Assembly (NCBI GenBank): GCA_043821645.1
Contig: JBDRCO010000068.1
Coordinates: 291,802-355,801, forward strand
DNA: 64,000 nucleotides
Direction of reading: 5' to 3'
Source: Pseudomonadota bacterium
Lineage (GTDB): Bacteria; Myxococcota; JACRCW01; JAFGSX01
A program made the translations under genes and the position numbers. The notes beneath the pieces were generated by a model. The model saw only the letters and a program-made list of their open reading frames with translations. It ran no database searches and was not told where the DNA came from. Below are positions 39,555-51,059 of this stretch, piece by piece; position 1 is the stretch's first letter, and each line of letters starts with the position of its first letter.

Positions 39555-39758
39555 GTGAACGATCTCGAGCTCGCAGCGCGGAGGGTGTTCATCTCTGGCG
39601 GCGCCTTCACTCCCAGGGCGGCCGAGGACCTGGCCGCGGCCGGCAACCAGAAGATCGACACGCCCATTGACGCTGCCAGCCTGAAAACTCGGGTGACCGA
39701 GCTTGTTGCGGTGGCCAGGCGAACGCACGCGGGTCGTACAGCGGGGAGCACAGGATGA
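39555..39758 (+). pseudogene. C-terminal half of a receiver domain, duplicating the tail of the downstream kinase
   Basis: VFISGGAFTPRAAEDLAAAGNQKIDTPIDAASL vs VFITGGAFTPRAAEYLAAAGNLKVEKPFDAANL. Confidence 0.65.
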
Positions 39759-42322
39759 GCACGGGCGGGCAAGCGGCCTCTGAACTCGACGTCGCAGTTC
39801 TGCAGCGCGACATGGAGCTGGTGGCGGAGCTCGCCACGGCCTGGCTGAAGCCGACCTCCGAGGACGAGGTGTACACGCGCCTAGCCGGGGCGCTGCAACA
39901 GATCATCGGCGCGGATGCCATCATCAACGTCAGCAGCTACGAACCAACGGCGCATACTTACCTTCCTCGTGCACTCGTTGGATTGGGTTCGATCCTCGAC
40001 AAGCTGGTGGCCTTGCTCGGCAAGCATCCTCGCGAGCTGCGCGGGGCCTACCCGGACAGCGTCCTGCAGGCCATGGCCTCGGGCCACCTGACGCGGTTGG
40101 CGGGAGGCGCGGTCGAGCTCGCCGGCGGGACCATCCCACCGGTCCTGCTGCGGCGGCTGGTCGCCCTGGCCGGGCTGCACGACGTCTTCGTCGTCGGGTT
40201 CACCAGAGGCAGCGCTGCGGGCGGCATCTCCATCATCACCCGGCGCCCTGACATGGCGCTGCGCAGCGCCACCATCGAGACCCTGGCGCGCCTGGCTGCC
40301 GTGACCCTCGAACGAGAGAGAAGCCGCAGCGAACGCGACCAGCTCGATCGCCGGTTGCGAGCCCTGTACCAGAACTCTCCGGTCGCCATCGGCTTTTCGC
40401 GCAACGGCACCAACGTTGGAGCCAACCCTGCCTATGTGCACCTGTGCGGCTACGAGGACGAAAAGCAGATCATCGGCACGTCGCTGCTCGATCAGATCGC
40501 GCCCTCGGCCCGGGAGGACATTCAGCACAAGATCCGGGCGCGCGCGGCTGGTGAGCTTGTTCCCTCGAGCTCCGAGACCGTGGGGCTGCGCCGGGACGGC
40601 AAAGAGATCCCGATCTGGATCCAGGTAGCAGCCATCGAGCAGGACGACGGCCCGTTGACCCTGGCCTTCGTCACCGACATCACCGAGCGCAAGCAGGCCG
40701 AGGAGGACCTGCGACGCAGCGAGGCGCGACTGAGCGCCGTGCTCGACGAGACGCCCTTCCCCATCGCCCTGGTCGATATCGAGGACAACGAGATCCATTA
40801 CTGGAGCCGCACGGCCCTCGAGCTGTTCGGGCACACCGCACCCACCGCCGCCGAGTGGTACCGCATCGCCTACCCGGATCCGGAATATCGGGCTGCCGTG
40901 CTGCAACGGTGGAAGCCGGCCTTGAAGGAAGCACAGATCACGGGCCGGCCGGTCAATACAGGAGAATACCGGGTGACCTGCCGCGATGGGTCGGAGCGCG
41001 TCTGCGAGCTGCACGCGGCCTTTATCGAGAACACGCTGGTGGTGACCTTTCATGACATCACCGAACGCAAGCAGCTGCAGGCGCAGGTGACCCAGGCCGA
41101 CCGCCTGGCCAGCATGGGCACCCTGGCCGCCGGGGTCGCGCACGAGATCAACAACCCGCTGTCCTACGTCCTGTTCAACATCGAGAGCCTGACGCAGGAC
41201 CTGCCGCGGTTGACGGACGCGGCCAGGCGCTGCGGCGTGGCTCTGCGAGAGCAGGTGGGTGACGCGGCCTACACGCAAGTGCTGGGGGATGCCGCGGAGC
41301 TCATGCAGCCCGCTGGCCTGGACGATGTCCTCGACCGAATGCGAGAAGCCCTGAGCGGCAGCCACAGGATCAAGGAGATCGTCAAGGGGCTCGGCACCTT
41401 CTCGCGAGTCGAGCAGGTGCAGCTGTCGCGCATCGATGTGAAGTATGCGGTCGAGTCGGCGGCCAGCATGGCCTTCAACGAGATCAAGTTCAGGGCGCGC
41501 CTGGTCAAGGACTATGGCCCGGTGCCCGCGGTCTGGGCCTCCGAGGGCAAGCTGGCGCAGGTGTTCCTGAACCTCCTCATCAATGCGGCGCACTCCATCG
41601 ACGAAGGCGACGTCGACGGCAACCAGATCATGGTCCGCACCTGGACCGAGGGTGAGCTGGCCTGTGTGTCCGTTGCGGACACGGGCAAGGGGATCGAACC
41701 CGAGAAGCTGCCGCGCATCTTCGACCCCTTCTTCTCGACCAAGGATCCGGGCAAGGGCACCGGTCTTGGCCTGGCCATCTGCCGCAACATCGTCACCGAG
41801 TTCGGTGGACGGATCGAGGTCGAGAGCCAGCTGGGCAAGGGCTCGCGATTCATCGTACGCCTGCCCGTGAAGTCGACCGCGGGCGAAGCGAAGCCGGTCG
41901 AGACGGCGGCCGAGACGGGCCTGGACGTGGGTGTCCTCGGGCGCATCCTGGTGGTGGACGATGAGCCTGCGATCTGCTCGGCGCTGCGCCGCCTGCTGGG
42001 CGCGCACCACGAGGTGGTGACGGCGGGCTCCGGGCTCGAGGCCAGGGCCGTCCTGCAGCAGGACCAGGGCTTTGATCTGGTGCTGTGCGACCTGATGATG
42101 CCCGAGATGACGGGCATGGACCTGCACGCCTGGCTCGTCGCTCACCACCCGGACATCGCCCGGCACATGGTGTTCATCACCGGCGGTGCCTTCACGCCCA
42201 GGGCCGCCGAGTACCTGGCTGCGGCGGGCAATCTGAAGGTTGAAAAACCTTTTGACGCGGCCAACCTCAGAAAGCTGGTCGCGACGCTGGTGCAGGCGGC
42301 GAGGAGCAGGCGTCAACCCTGA
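39755..42322 (+). CDS. hybrid sensor histidine kinase (N-terminal sensor, 2 PAS, HisKA, HATPase, REC)
   Basis: AHEINNPL H-box, NLLINA N-box, DTGKGI, FFSTK, GTGLGL; receiver VVDDE/CDLMMP. Confidence 0.95.
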   Translation: MSTGGQAASELDVAVLQRDMELVAELATAWLKPTSEDEVYTRLAGALQQIIGADAIINVSSYEPTAHTYLPRALVGLGSILDKLVALLGKHPRELRGAYPDSVLQAMASGHLTRLAGGAVELAGGTIPPVLLRRLVALAGLHDVFVVGFTRGSAAGGISIITRRPDMALRSATIETLARLAAVTLERERSRSERDQLDRRLRALYQNSPVAIGFSRNGTNVGANPAYVHLCGYEDEKQIIGTSLLDQIAPSAREDIQHKIRARAAGELVPSSSETVGLRRDGKEIPIWIQVAAIEQDDGPLTLAFVTDITERKQAEEDLRRSEARLSAVLDETPFPIALVDIEDNEIHYWSRTALELFGHTAPTAAEWYRIAYPDPEYRAAVLQRWKPALKEAQITGRPVNTGEYRVTCRDGSERVCELHAAFIENTLVVTFHDITERKQLQAQVTQADRLASMGTLAAGVAHEINNPLSYVLFNIESLTQDLPRLTDAARRCGVALREQVGDAAYTQVLGDAAELMQPAGLDDVLDRMREALSGSHRIKEIVKGLGTFSRVEQVQLSRIDVKYAVESAASMAFNEIKFRARLVKDYGPVPAVWASEGKLAQVFLNLLINAAHSIDEGDVDGNQIMVRTWTEGELACVSVADTGKGIEPEKLPRIFDPFFSTKDPGKGTGLGLAICRNIVTEFGGRIEVESQLGKGSRFIVRLPVKSTAGEAKPVETAAETGLDVGVLGRILVVDDEPAICSALRRLLGAHHEVVTAGSGLEARAVLQQDQGFDLVLCDLMMPEMTGMDLHAWLVAHHPDIARHMVFITGGAFTPRAAEYLAAAGNLKVEKPFDAANLRKLVATLVQAARSRRQP

Positions 42323-42686
42323 TGATGGGGTCAGGCACTTCCGCTCAAGTGCCGCCGTCCAGATGGGAAGTGGAAAGACCTGACACCACGCCCCAAGAGG
42401 ATGCGGCGAGAGCACATCCATCTCTTGCAGGAACTGCTCGCCGGCATGGGCCGTGATCTCGAGCGCGGTGCCCGGCACCTGGTCGACCGCTGGCTCGGCG
42501 GTGGGAACCGGCCGCGGCAGCTCGGACGCGCCGCGCCGGAGCTCAAGCTGGGTGATCTCGGAGCGCGTGCCGAGTCGCATCGGCGGCCCCCCGTAGCCAC
42601 TGCCGCAGCTGGCGTAGAGCTGGCTGTCGCCGACGCGGAAGCCGCCAGCAACCCAGCGAAACATCAGCCGTGCGAACCAGAGGCCG

Positions 42687-43193
42687 GGCCAGCTGCGCGA
42701 CGCCACTGGCCAGAAGGACGTCGGCGGGAAGGCCGCCGGCGAGCTCCTCGCTGACCACGATGCTGACCGCGATCTGGGCGCCGGGACCAGCGCCCACGAC
42801 CCTCCGCGGGTCGAGCGGGCAGCTCGTGCCCTGGATCGCGACGGTGGCCGTGCCCATCGCGGTCGGAGGCGTGAAGTCCAGCACCAGGCTGCCCGCGCTC
42901 AGATTCGCAACGACATTTCCCGACACGTCCACCAGGCCCAACGTCACCAGGCGCGTGCCCTCGAGCTCGCTACCGCTCGCGGTGTAGCCAAAACCGTAGC
43001 TCAAGCCCTCGCGGTCCGTGGCGTCCTCGTCGAGAACCCAGCTCGCCGCGCGACCGCCACCGATGTCCAGCTCGACCACCGGGTCCAGACCCAGGGTCTT
43101 GCTTACCTGGAAGTCCAGCGCAAAACCCTGCCCCACGGGTAAGCAGTAAAGGAGCGAGGGTCATGAAGGGACGTCGCACGCCGGGCTCCTTGG
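42687..43193 (-). pseudogene. internally deleted third copy of the Ig/Kelch surface protein gene
   Basis: Blocks match about 14640-14697, 14181-14449 and 11897-12090 of the first paralog in order; frameshifted after the signal peptide. Confidence 0.85.
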
Positions 43194-43454
43194 TAAGTAG
43201 CTCAGTTGGTGCGCGACATTAGTCAAGCACGTCATCTGGCCCGCCCGGCTCAGCCTCCCGTCGCGGCGCGGCAGCACAGGCCGCAGTGCGAAAACTGAGG
43301 CCAGCGCTCGCACAAGCGTCGAGGCGATGTCGACATGAGCACCGAGCAAAGGAGGAGCACGAGTGCGGGGAGCCAGCCTCCCCCCCTTCTCACGACATGT
43401 GTTCTCCTTGTAACTACTAGCAATTCTTGCATTTGCAGGATTCATCCCGCCTCG

Positions 43455-43482
43455 GGAACTCTTTTGCTGCGCAAACTGTCTA
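43455..43482 (+). promoter_or_regulatory. possible ECF-type promoter
   Basis: GGAACT-N16-TGTCTA just upstream of the MutS-like gene. Confidence 0.35.
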
Positions 43483-43492
43483 TGCTTCTTCG

Positions 43493-45337
43493 ATGGAGAT
43501 CGTGCAAAGAGAACCCATGGACGCGATGCCCGCAAAGAGTGGCAACCCGATCAGCATCCCAGACCTCCTCAACGGCGAGCCACAGGCGCCCCGCCATTTC
43601 GAGGTCCTGAGGGACAAGCTGCAGTTCGCATTCTCGAGCGGAGAGTCGGCGGGTGCGCTGCGCAGGCTGCTGCCAGACTGCGATGTGTCCGAGTCGGAGT
43701 GGAAGCACGATTGCTTTGCAGACGATCTCTTCGTGGACGAGTTGATCACGCGCTGCTTCCGGGTCAGCGCTGCGCGTTTCACGGACGACTACAAGCCGCC
43801 TCAGAACCTCCATTACTTCAAGAAGGTGCTGTTGCACCCACCTGCGGCGCAGAGCTCTGTGCTGTTTCGACAGCAGATCCACAAAGAGCTCCTGGATCGC
43901 CCCGAGCTGCGACGTCGTTTCGAGGCCGTGTATAGGGACCTGACGGAGCTGAGAGAGGATCTGGACTCGTCCGGTGTCATGAGCTGCGAGTACTCGACGC
44001 GCCGTCGCATCGACCTTCTGCTTCGGATCAAGGAGACCGTGGACAGGGTCGCCAAGGAGTTTGCAGACGCGGGCTCGGGCATCGCACGCATTCGACACTG
44101 GGCGCGGGCGTTTCAAGACTGCGAAGGCTACGCCATGCTGCGCAACTTCGTGGACTACGAGGGTCGGCTGTCGAGCGTACAGCTTCAGTTTCAGGTCGGT
44201 GTCGACGGGACCATGCGCGGCCTGCAGATCGTTGGCCTGGCCGAGAACACCGAGAACCCCTTCTTTCAAAGCCCGGTTGCTCGTCTGTGGGGACTGTTCA
44301 AGTTGTGGTGGCGAGGCAGCCGGGTCGGCAGCGATGAGCTGGTGGCCCGTGTGGTCGAGGGGGTCTTCGACGCGATCGACGAGCCCCTCACCCATGTGCT
44401 CTACCTCATCGGGCACATGGAGTTCTATCTGGCCTCGCTGGCGTTCAAGGAGCGCTGCGAGAGCAAGGGTCTTGGCACCAGCTTCCCGACCTTTATCGCC
44501 GATGGGAGTGCCAGAACCCTCCACGGCCTGTTCAATCCTTTACTCCTCGATCAAGTAAGCCCACCGGTTCCCTGCGATCTGAAGATCGCGCACGCCGACG
44601 CCATCACCGTGATCACCGGGCCCAACTCCGGGGGCAAGACCCGCCTGCTGCAGTCCCTTGGTCTGCTGCAACTGCTTGGACAAGGGGGGTTGGTTGTTCC
44701 AGCCGCCGAGGCTCAGCTGTGGTTCCGCAGCGGCATGTTTCTGTCGCTGATCCAGGACAGCACCGCGGATCAGAAGGAGGGCCGGCTGGGCACGGAGCTC
44801 CTGCGCATCCGCCAGCTGTTCAAGAGTACTCCTCCCGGCGCCCTGATCATCCTCGACGAGCTGTGCTCTGGGACCAATCCGTCCGAGGGTGAGGAGATCG
44901 TCCTGCTGGTGCTGTCGCTGCTCAAGGAACTCGGATCCGAGGCCTTCATCACCACGCATTTCCTCCGCTTTGCCGAGCAGCTGGCCGTGCAGCACACCGA
45001 GCTGGAGCTGGAGTTCCTGCAGGTGCAGCTGGACCAGGAGCAGGCACCCACCTACCAGTTCGTGCCCGGCGTGGCCCGCTCGTCCCTCGCCGGCCAGACC
45101 GCACGACGACTCGGCGTCACCCGCGAGCAGCTGCTGGCCTTGATGCAGCAAAGACAGCATCCAGAGCTGGCGCCCGTCGACGAGGAAAGCGCGAGTGCAC
45201 CTCGCGCGGAGGTGGAACGCGCGGAGGAGGACCCCGAGGACACCAACGGGGGCCCCCTCAGACGTCTTCGCTGGCGACGCCGGCCGCGGTCACAGAACCT
45301 GCTGACGACGACCAAGGTGCCATCCATCCTGCACTAG
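43493..45337 (+). CDS. MutS-related ATPase (domain V with helical N-terminus, no mismatch-recognition domain evident)
   Basis: ITGPNSGGKT, LLQLLGQGG, EGRLGTEL, LDELCSGTNPSEG, TTHF; start may be 43517. Confidence 0.85.
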   Translation: MEIVQREPMDAMPAKSGNPISIPDLLNGEPQAPRHFEVLRDKLQFAFSSGESAGALRRLLPDCDVSESEWKHDCFADDLFVDELITRCFRVSAARFTDDYKPPQNLHYFKKVLLHPPAAQSSVLFRQQIHKELLDRPELRRRFEAVYRDLTELREDLDSSGVMSCEYSTRRRIDLLLRIKETVDRVAKEFADAGSGIARIRHWARAFQDCEGYAMLRNFVDYEGRLSSVQLQFQVGVDGTMRGLQIVGLAENTENPFFQSPVARLWGLFKLWWRGSRVGSDELVARVVEGVFDAIDEPLTHVLYLIGHMEFYLASLAFKERCESKGLGTSFPTFIADGSARTLHGLFNPLLLDQVSPPVPCDLKIAHADAITVITGPNSGGKTRLLQSLGLLQLLGQGGLVVPAAEAQLWFRSGMFLSLIQDSTADQKEGRLGTELLRIRQLFKSTPPGALIILDELCSGTNPSEGEEIVLLVLSLLKELGSEAFITTHFLRFAEQLAVQHTELELEFLQVQLDQEQAPTYQFVPGVARSSLAGQTARRLGVTREQLLALMQQRQHPELAPVDEESASAPRAEVERAEEDPEDTNGGPLRRLRWRRRPRSQNLLTTTKVPSILH

Positions 45338-45399
45338 CGAACCGTGCGCCCGACCAGGTCGACGACCTCACTGCCTGGGCACGTCGCAGGAGGACGGGC

Positions 45400-48126
<2,727 letters not shown>

Positions 48127-48165
48127 GGCTCGCCCGGTCTGCCGCGACTGCGCGGCGGGCCGTCC

Positions 48166-49971
48166 TTACTCGACGCGGATGTTGAACTCCAGGCGATGGC
48201 GCCGACCGCTGACCGTCTCGACCGCCGCCAGCTCGAGCGTACCCACCTCGGTGACTCGCGAGTGCAGCCGCACCGGCACCGCGCGGCCCGCCTCGCCCTC
48301 GAGCATGGCCTCCACCGACGCCAGCTCCTCGACATCGTCGCCCTCGGGGCGCGCCTGGCTGGCGATCTGATCACCGCGCCGGGTCGAGGAGGCGAAGAAT
48401 CGAAACGCCGCGGACTCGCCGACCACCAGGCCCAGCTCGATGGGCAACTCGGCCTCGCTGCCCTCTTCCATGCCGAAGGGCGCGACACAGATGGCGTCAA
48501 ACCGAGGCGGGATCCCTGGCACTGCCAGCTCGGCGCGCTCGATGCCCACGTAGTATGCCCGCGCCGTGCCACCTCGAATCCGCACCCCACGACCGCGACG
48601 CACGCCGGCGTAATAGGCTGCGCCGCGGGCCACCGCCAGGTCGGGCTGGGCCCCGGCCAGCACCCGCACAGTGCCGGCGCCGTCGGCCTGCAACCAGCGA
48701 TCGAGGACCTGGACGATGCGCTGACACAGGGGCTCGGCCTTGGTGACCCCGCCGTTGAACAGCACCGCGGTGGGATGGCGGAACGTTCCCGTGCCGTGAC
48801 CGGCCCCGGCGTCGATCTGGCGCCCCAGAAAGGCCGCCAGGTGACGGGTGACCGCCGCATCGCTGGCGTAGGGCAAGCCCAGGGTGGTCAGGCCGCTGCG
48901 CCGCGGTGCCAGCGGTCGGGCATCGCTGGTCACCTCGGGAAAGAAGCCCTCGACCAGGATCTCGGTGAGCCTGGCGCGGCTCAGTTCCGTCGACAGGGTG
49001 CCGCCTATCAGCTTGCGGCCGCGGCTGGGCACCACCACCGGATAGCCCTCCCGGCCGGGGTCCTGCAGCAGCGCTTCCTTGGCGGTCCGGCAACCGTGGG
49101 TCATGGCCGCCAGCTGCCAGTCGTCGATGGTCTTGCCCTGCTGCTCGAGCTCGGCCTTGAGGCTGTAAGCCAGGGCCAGATCCATGTTGTCGCCACCCAG
49201 CAGGATGTGGTCGCCGACGGCCAGCCGCTGCAGCTCGAGGCTGCCCTTGGCCTCGGTCACGGCGATGAGCGAGAAGTCGGTGGTGCCACCGCCTATGTCG
49301 CAGACCAGGATCAGATCGCCCACGTGCACCTGGTCGCGCCAGGCCGGTCCCTGGGCAGCCAGCCAGGCGTAGAACGCCGACTGCGGCTCTTCTAAAAGGG
49401 TGAAGTGTTCGCCGAGACCCGCCTGTTGCACCGCCTCTTCGGTCAGGCCGCGGGCGACGGCGTCAAACGACGCAGGCACGGTGACCACCAGATCCTGGCT
49501 GGCCAGCGCTGCATCGGGGTGGACCTGGTCCCAGGCCTCGCGCAGATGCTGCAGGTAATGGGCGGCCGCTGCCACTGGCGACATCAATGCCACATCGTCG
49601 ACAGCGCCCCAGGGCAAGATGGCGCCGTGGCGGTCGACGCCACCGTGGCACAGCCAGCTCTTGGCCGAGGCGATCACCCGCCCGGGCACCTGGCTGCCGC
49701 GGTCGCGGGCGTAGGCACCCACCGCCAGTGGGCGTTCGGCGTCCCAGGGCAGGGCCATGGCCTTGCCGCCGAGTTCGGCCTCGACCGGAAGATACAAGAA
49801 CGATGGCAGCTGAAGCTGCGCGGCGACCTCACCGCTGGCCACCAGTTGCGGGATCTCTAGCACCTCTGGCCCGGCGCCGTCGTCGTCGAGTGCCGCCCAG
49901 GCCAGGGTGCAGTTGGTGGTACCAAGGTCGATGCCGACGGCAAAGCGGGCCGGTTCGATGCTGCTGCTCAT
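48166..49971 (-). CDS. atypical Hsp70-family protein
   Basis: GIDLGTTN, TVPASFD, EEPQSAF, DIGGGTTDF; short C-terminus 'TEVGTLEL...LEFNIR'. Confidence 0.88.
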   Translation of the reverse strand: MSSSIEPARFAVGIDLGTTNCTLAWAALDDDGAGPEVLEIPQLVASGEVAAQLQLPSFLYLPVEAELGGKAMALPWDAERPLAVGAYARDRGSQVPGRVIASAKSWLCHGGVDRHGAILPWGAVDDVALMSPVAAAAHYLQHLREAWDQVHPDAALASQDLVVTVPASFDAVARGLTEEAVQQAGLGEHFTLLEEPQSAFYAWLAAQGPAWRDQVHVGDLILVCDIGGGTTDFSLIAVTEAKGSLELQRLAVGDHILLGGDNMDLALAYSLKAELEQQGKTIDDWQLAAMTHGCRTAKEALLQDPGREGYPVVVPSRGRKLIGGTLSTELSRARLTEILVEGFFPEVTSDARPLAPRRSGLTTLGLPYASDAAVTRHLAAFLGRQIDAGAGHGTGTFRHPTAVLFNGGVTKAEPLCQRIVQVLDRWLQADGAGTVRVLAGAQPDLAVARGAAYYAGVRRGRGVRIRGGTARAYYVGIERAELAVPGIPPRFDAICVAPFGMEEGSEAELPIELGLVVGESAAFRFFASSTRRGDQIASQARPEGDDVEELASVEAMLEGEAGRAVPVRLHSRVTEVGTLELAAVETVSGRRHRLEFNIRVE

Positions 49972-50513
49972 AACTCGATCTCCGCCGGAGCGATCACCTG
50001 TCTGTCGTTTCCGCCGCTGCGCTGAGGCAGGCGCACCTCGGTCACACGCCAGCCCGGGTGGGCCAGGGTGCCGCGATAAGGCGGCTCGCCCTGGACCTTG
50101 CCGGTGAGTCGGATCGCGCCGGTATCAAAGCCGGCCTCGATGGTCAGCAACGAGCCCTCCTCCTCGCTGCGCAGGGGCTGAAGCGAGAAATACTGCGCCA
50201 GTGACGTGCGGCAACCCTCGTGAACCACCCGGGCGGCACCGCCCACCTCGGCGTCGGAAAAGCTGGCAACATCCTCCTGCAAGAAATCGATCAGCCGGCC
50301 TTCGCGCTGCAGGATGGCCAGCAGGTGCAGGGCGCCCTCGGCTGGATCCGAGGCCGGCGCGGCAGGCTCGTCGGGTGTGCTGGATCTGGGGGCCGCCAGC
50401 TGGGCTGGCGCGGGTGCCACTGGAGCCGTCAAACGGACCGCCAGCTCCGCGTTGAACAGCACACGCAAGGCCAGGCCCAGGCGAGCGAAGAAACCAGGAG
50501 GGGTATCGGGCAT
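49968..50513 (-). CDS. DUF2760 domain protein
   Basis: 'LL.ILQREGRLIDFLQED...DAEVG.AARVVHEGCR...G.L.HPGW...IAPAEIEL'. Confidence 0.85.
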   Translation of the reverse strand: MPDTPPGFFARLGLALRVLFNAELAVRLTAPVAPAPAQLAAPRSSTPDEPAAPASDPAEGALHLLAILQREGRLIDFLQEDVASFSDAEVGGAARVVHEGCRTSLAQYFSLQPLRSEEEGSLLTIEAGFDTGAIRLTGKVQGEPPYRGTLAHPGWRVTEVRLPQRSGGNDRQVIAPAEIEL

Positions 50514-51059
50514 TGCCGTCCTCACGCGCCATGACCCGGCGCGACGGCGGTGCCATATCACAGGGTCTCCTGCGGTCCAGGGCAAAGCGGAAGCGGTGAG
50601 CCGCGAATCAAGAGCCATAGCTTTCAGGGCCCGCTGGTGAGCCAAATTGTGCGTCGTGGACTGGAGTCGGGCCCCGGTACATGACCCGCGATCCGCGAGG
50701 CTGCACTGCTGTGGGGGGAGACGGTCGGAGGCATGGAGCGGAACGGGAAGGAATGCCTCCAGCACCCTGCCCCGCCGAGACAAACGGCCTGCGACAGGAT
50801 CTGTAGACCTGCGAGGCAACGACCTGGGGAGTGGCGCGGTCGACGGGGGTTCACGATCACCCACGGCAGCAGCCCCGATATCGGCGCTGGCGAAATGCCC
50901 TGGGGTCGTCGACATCGAGACGCCTGCCAAAACGCCGAGGTGAGGTCCGGGCGAATGCGGTGTGCGGCTGTTTTAAAATGGGAGCCGAGCGGGTACTGTC
51001 CGAAACACACATCATCCAGCTGAAGAGGTCCTCCTCCGAAGCGCCCAGGGGCATGTGAC

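Noticed and set aside
50514-51059. N-terminal extension of the DUF2760 ORF to 50930, or an ncRNA in this gap
   Set aside because: The extension is not protein-like, and no recognisable RNA structure was found by eye.
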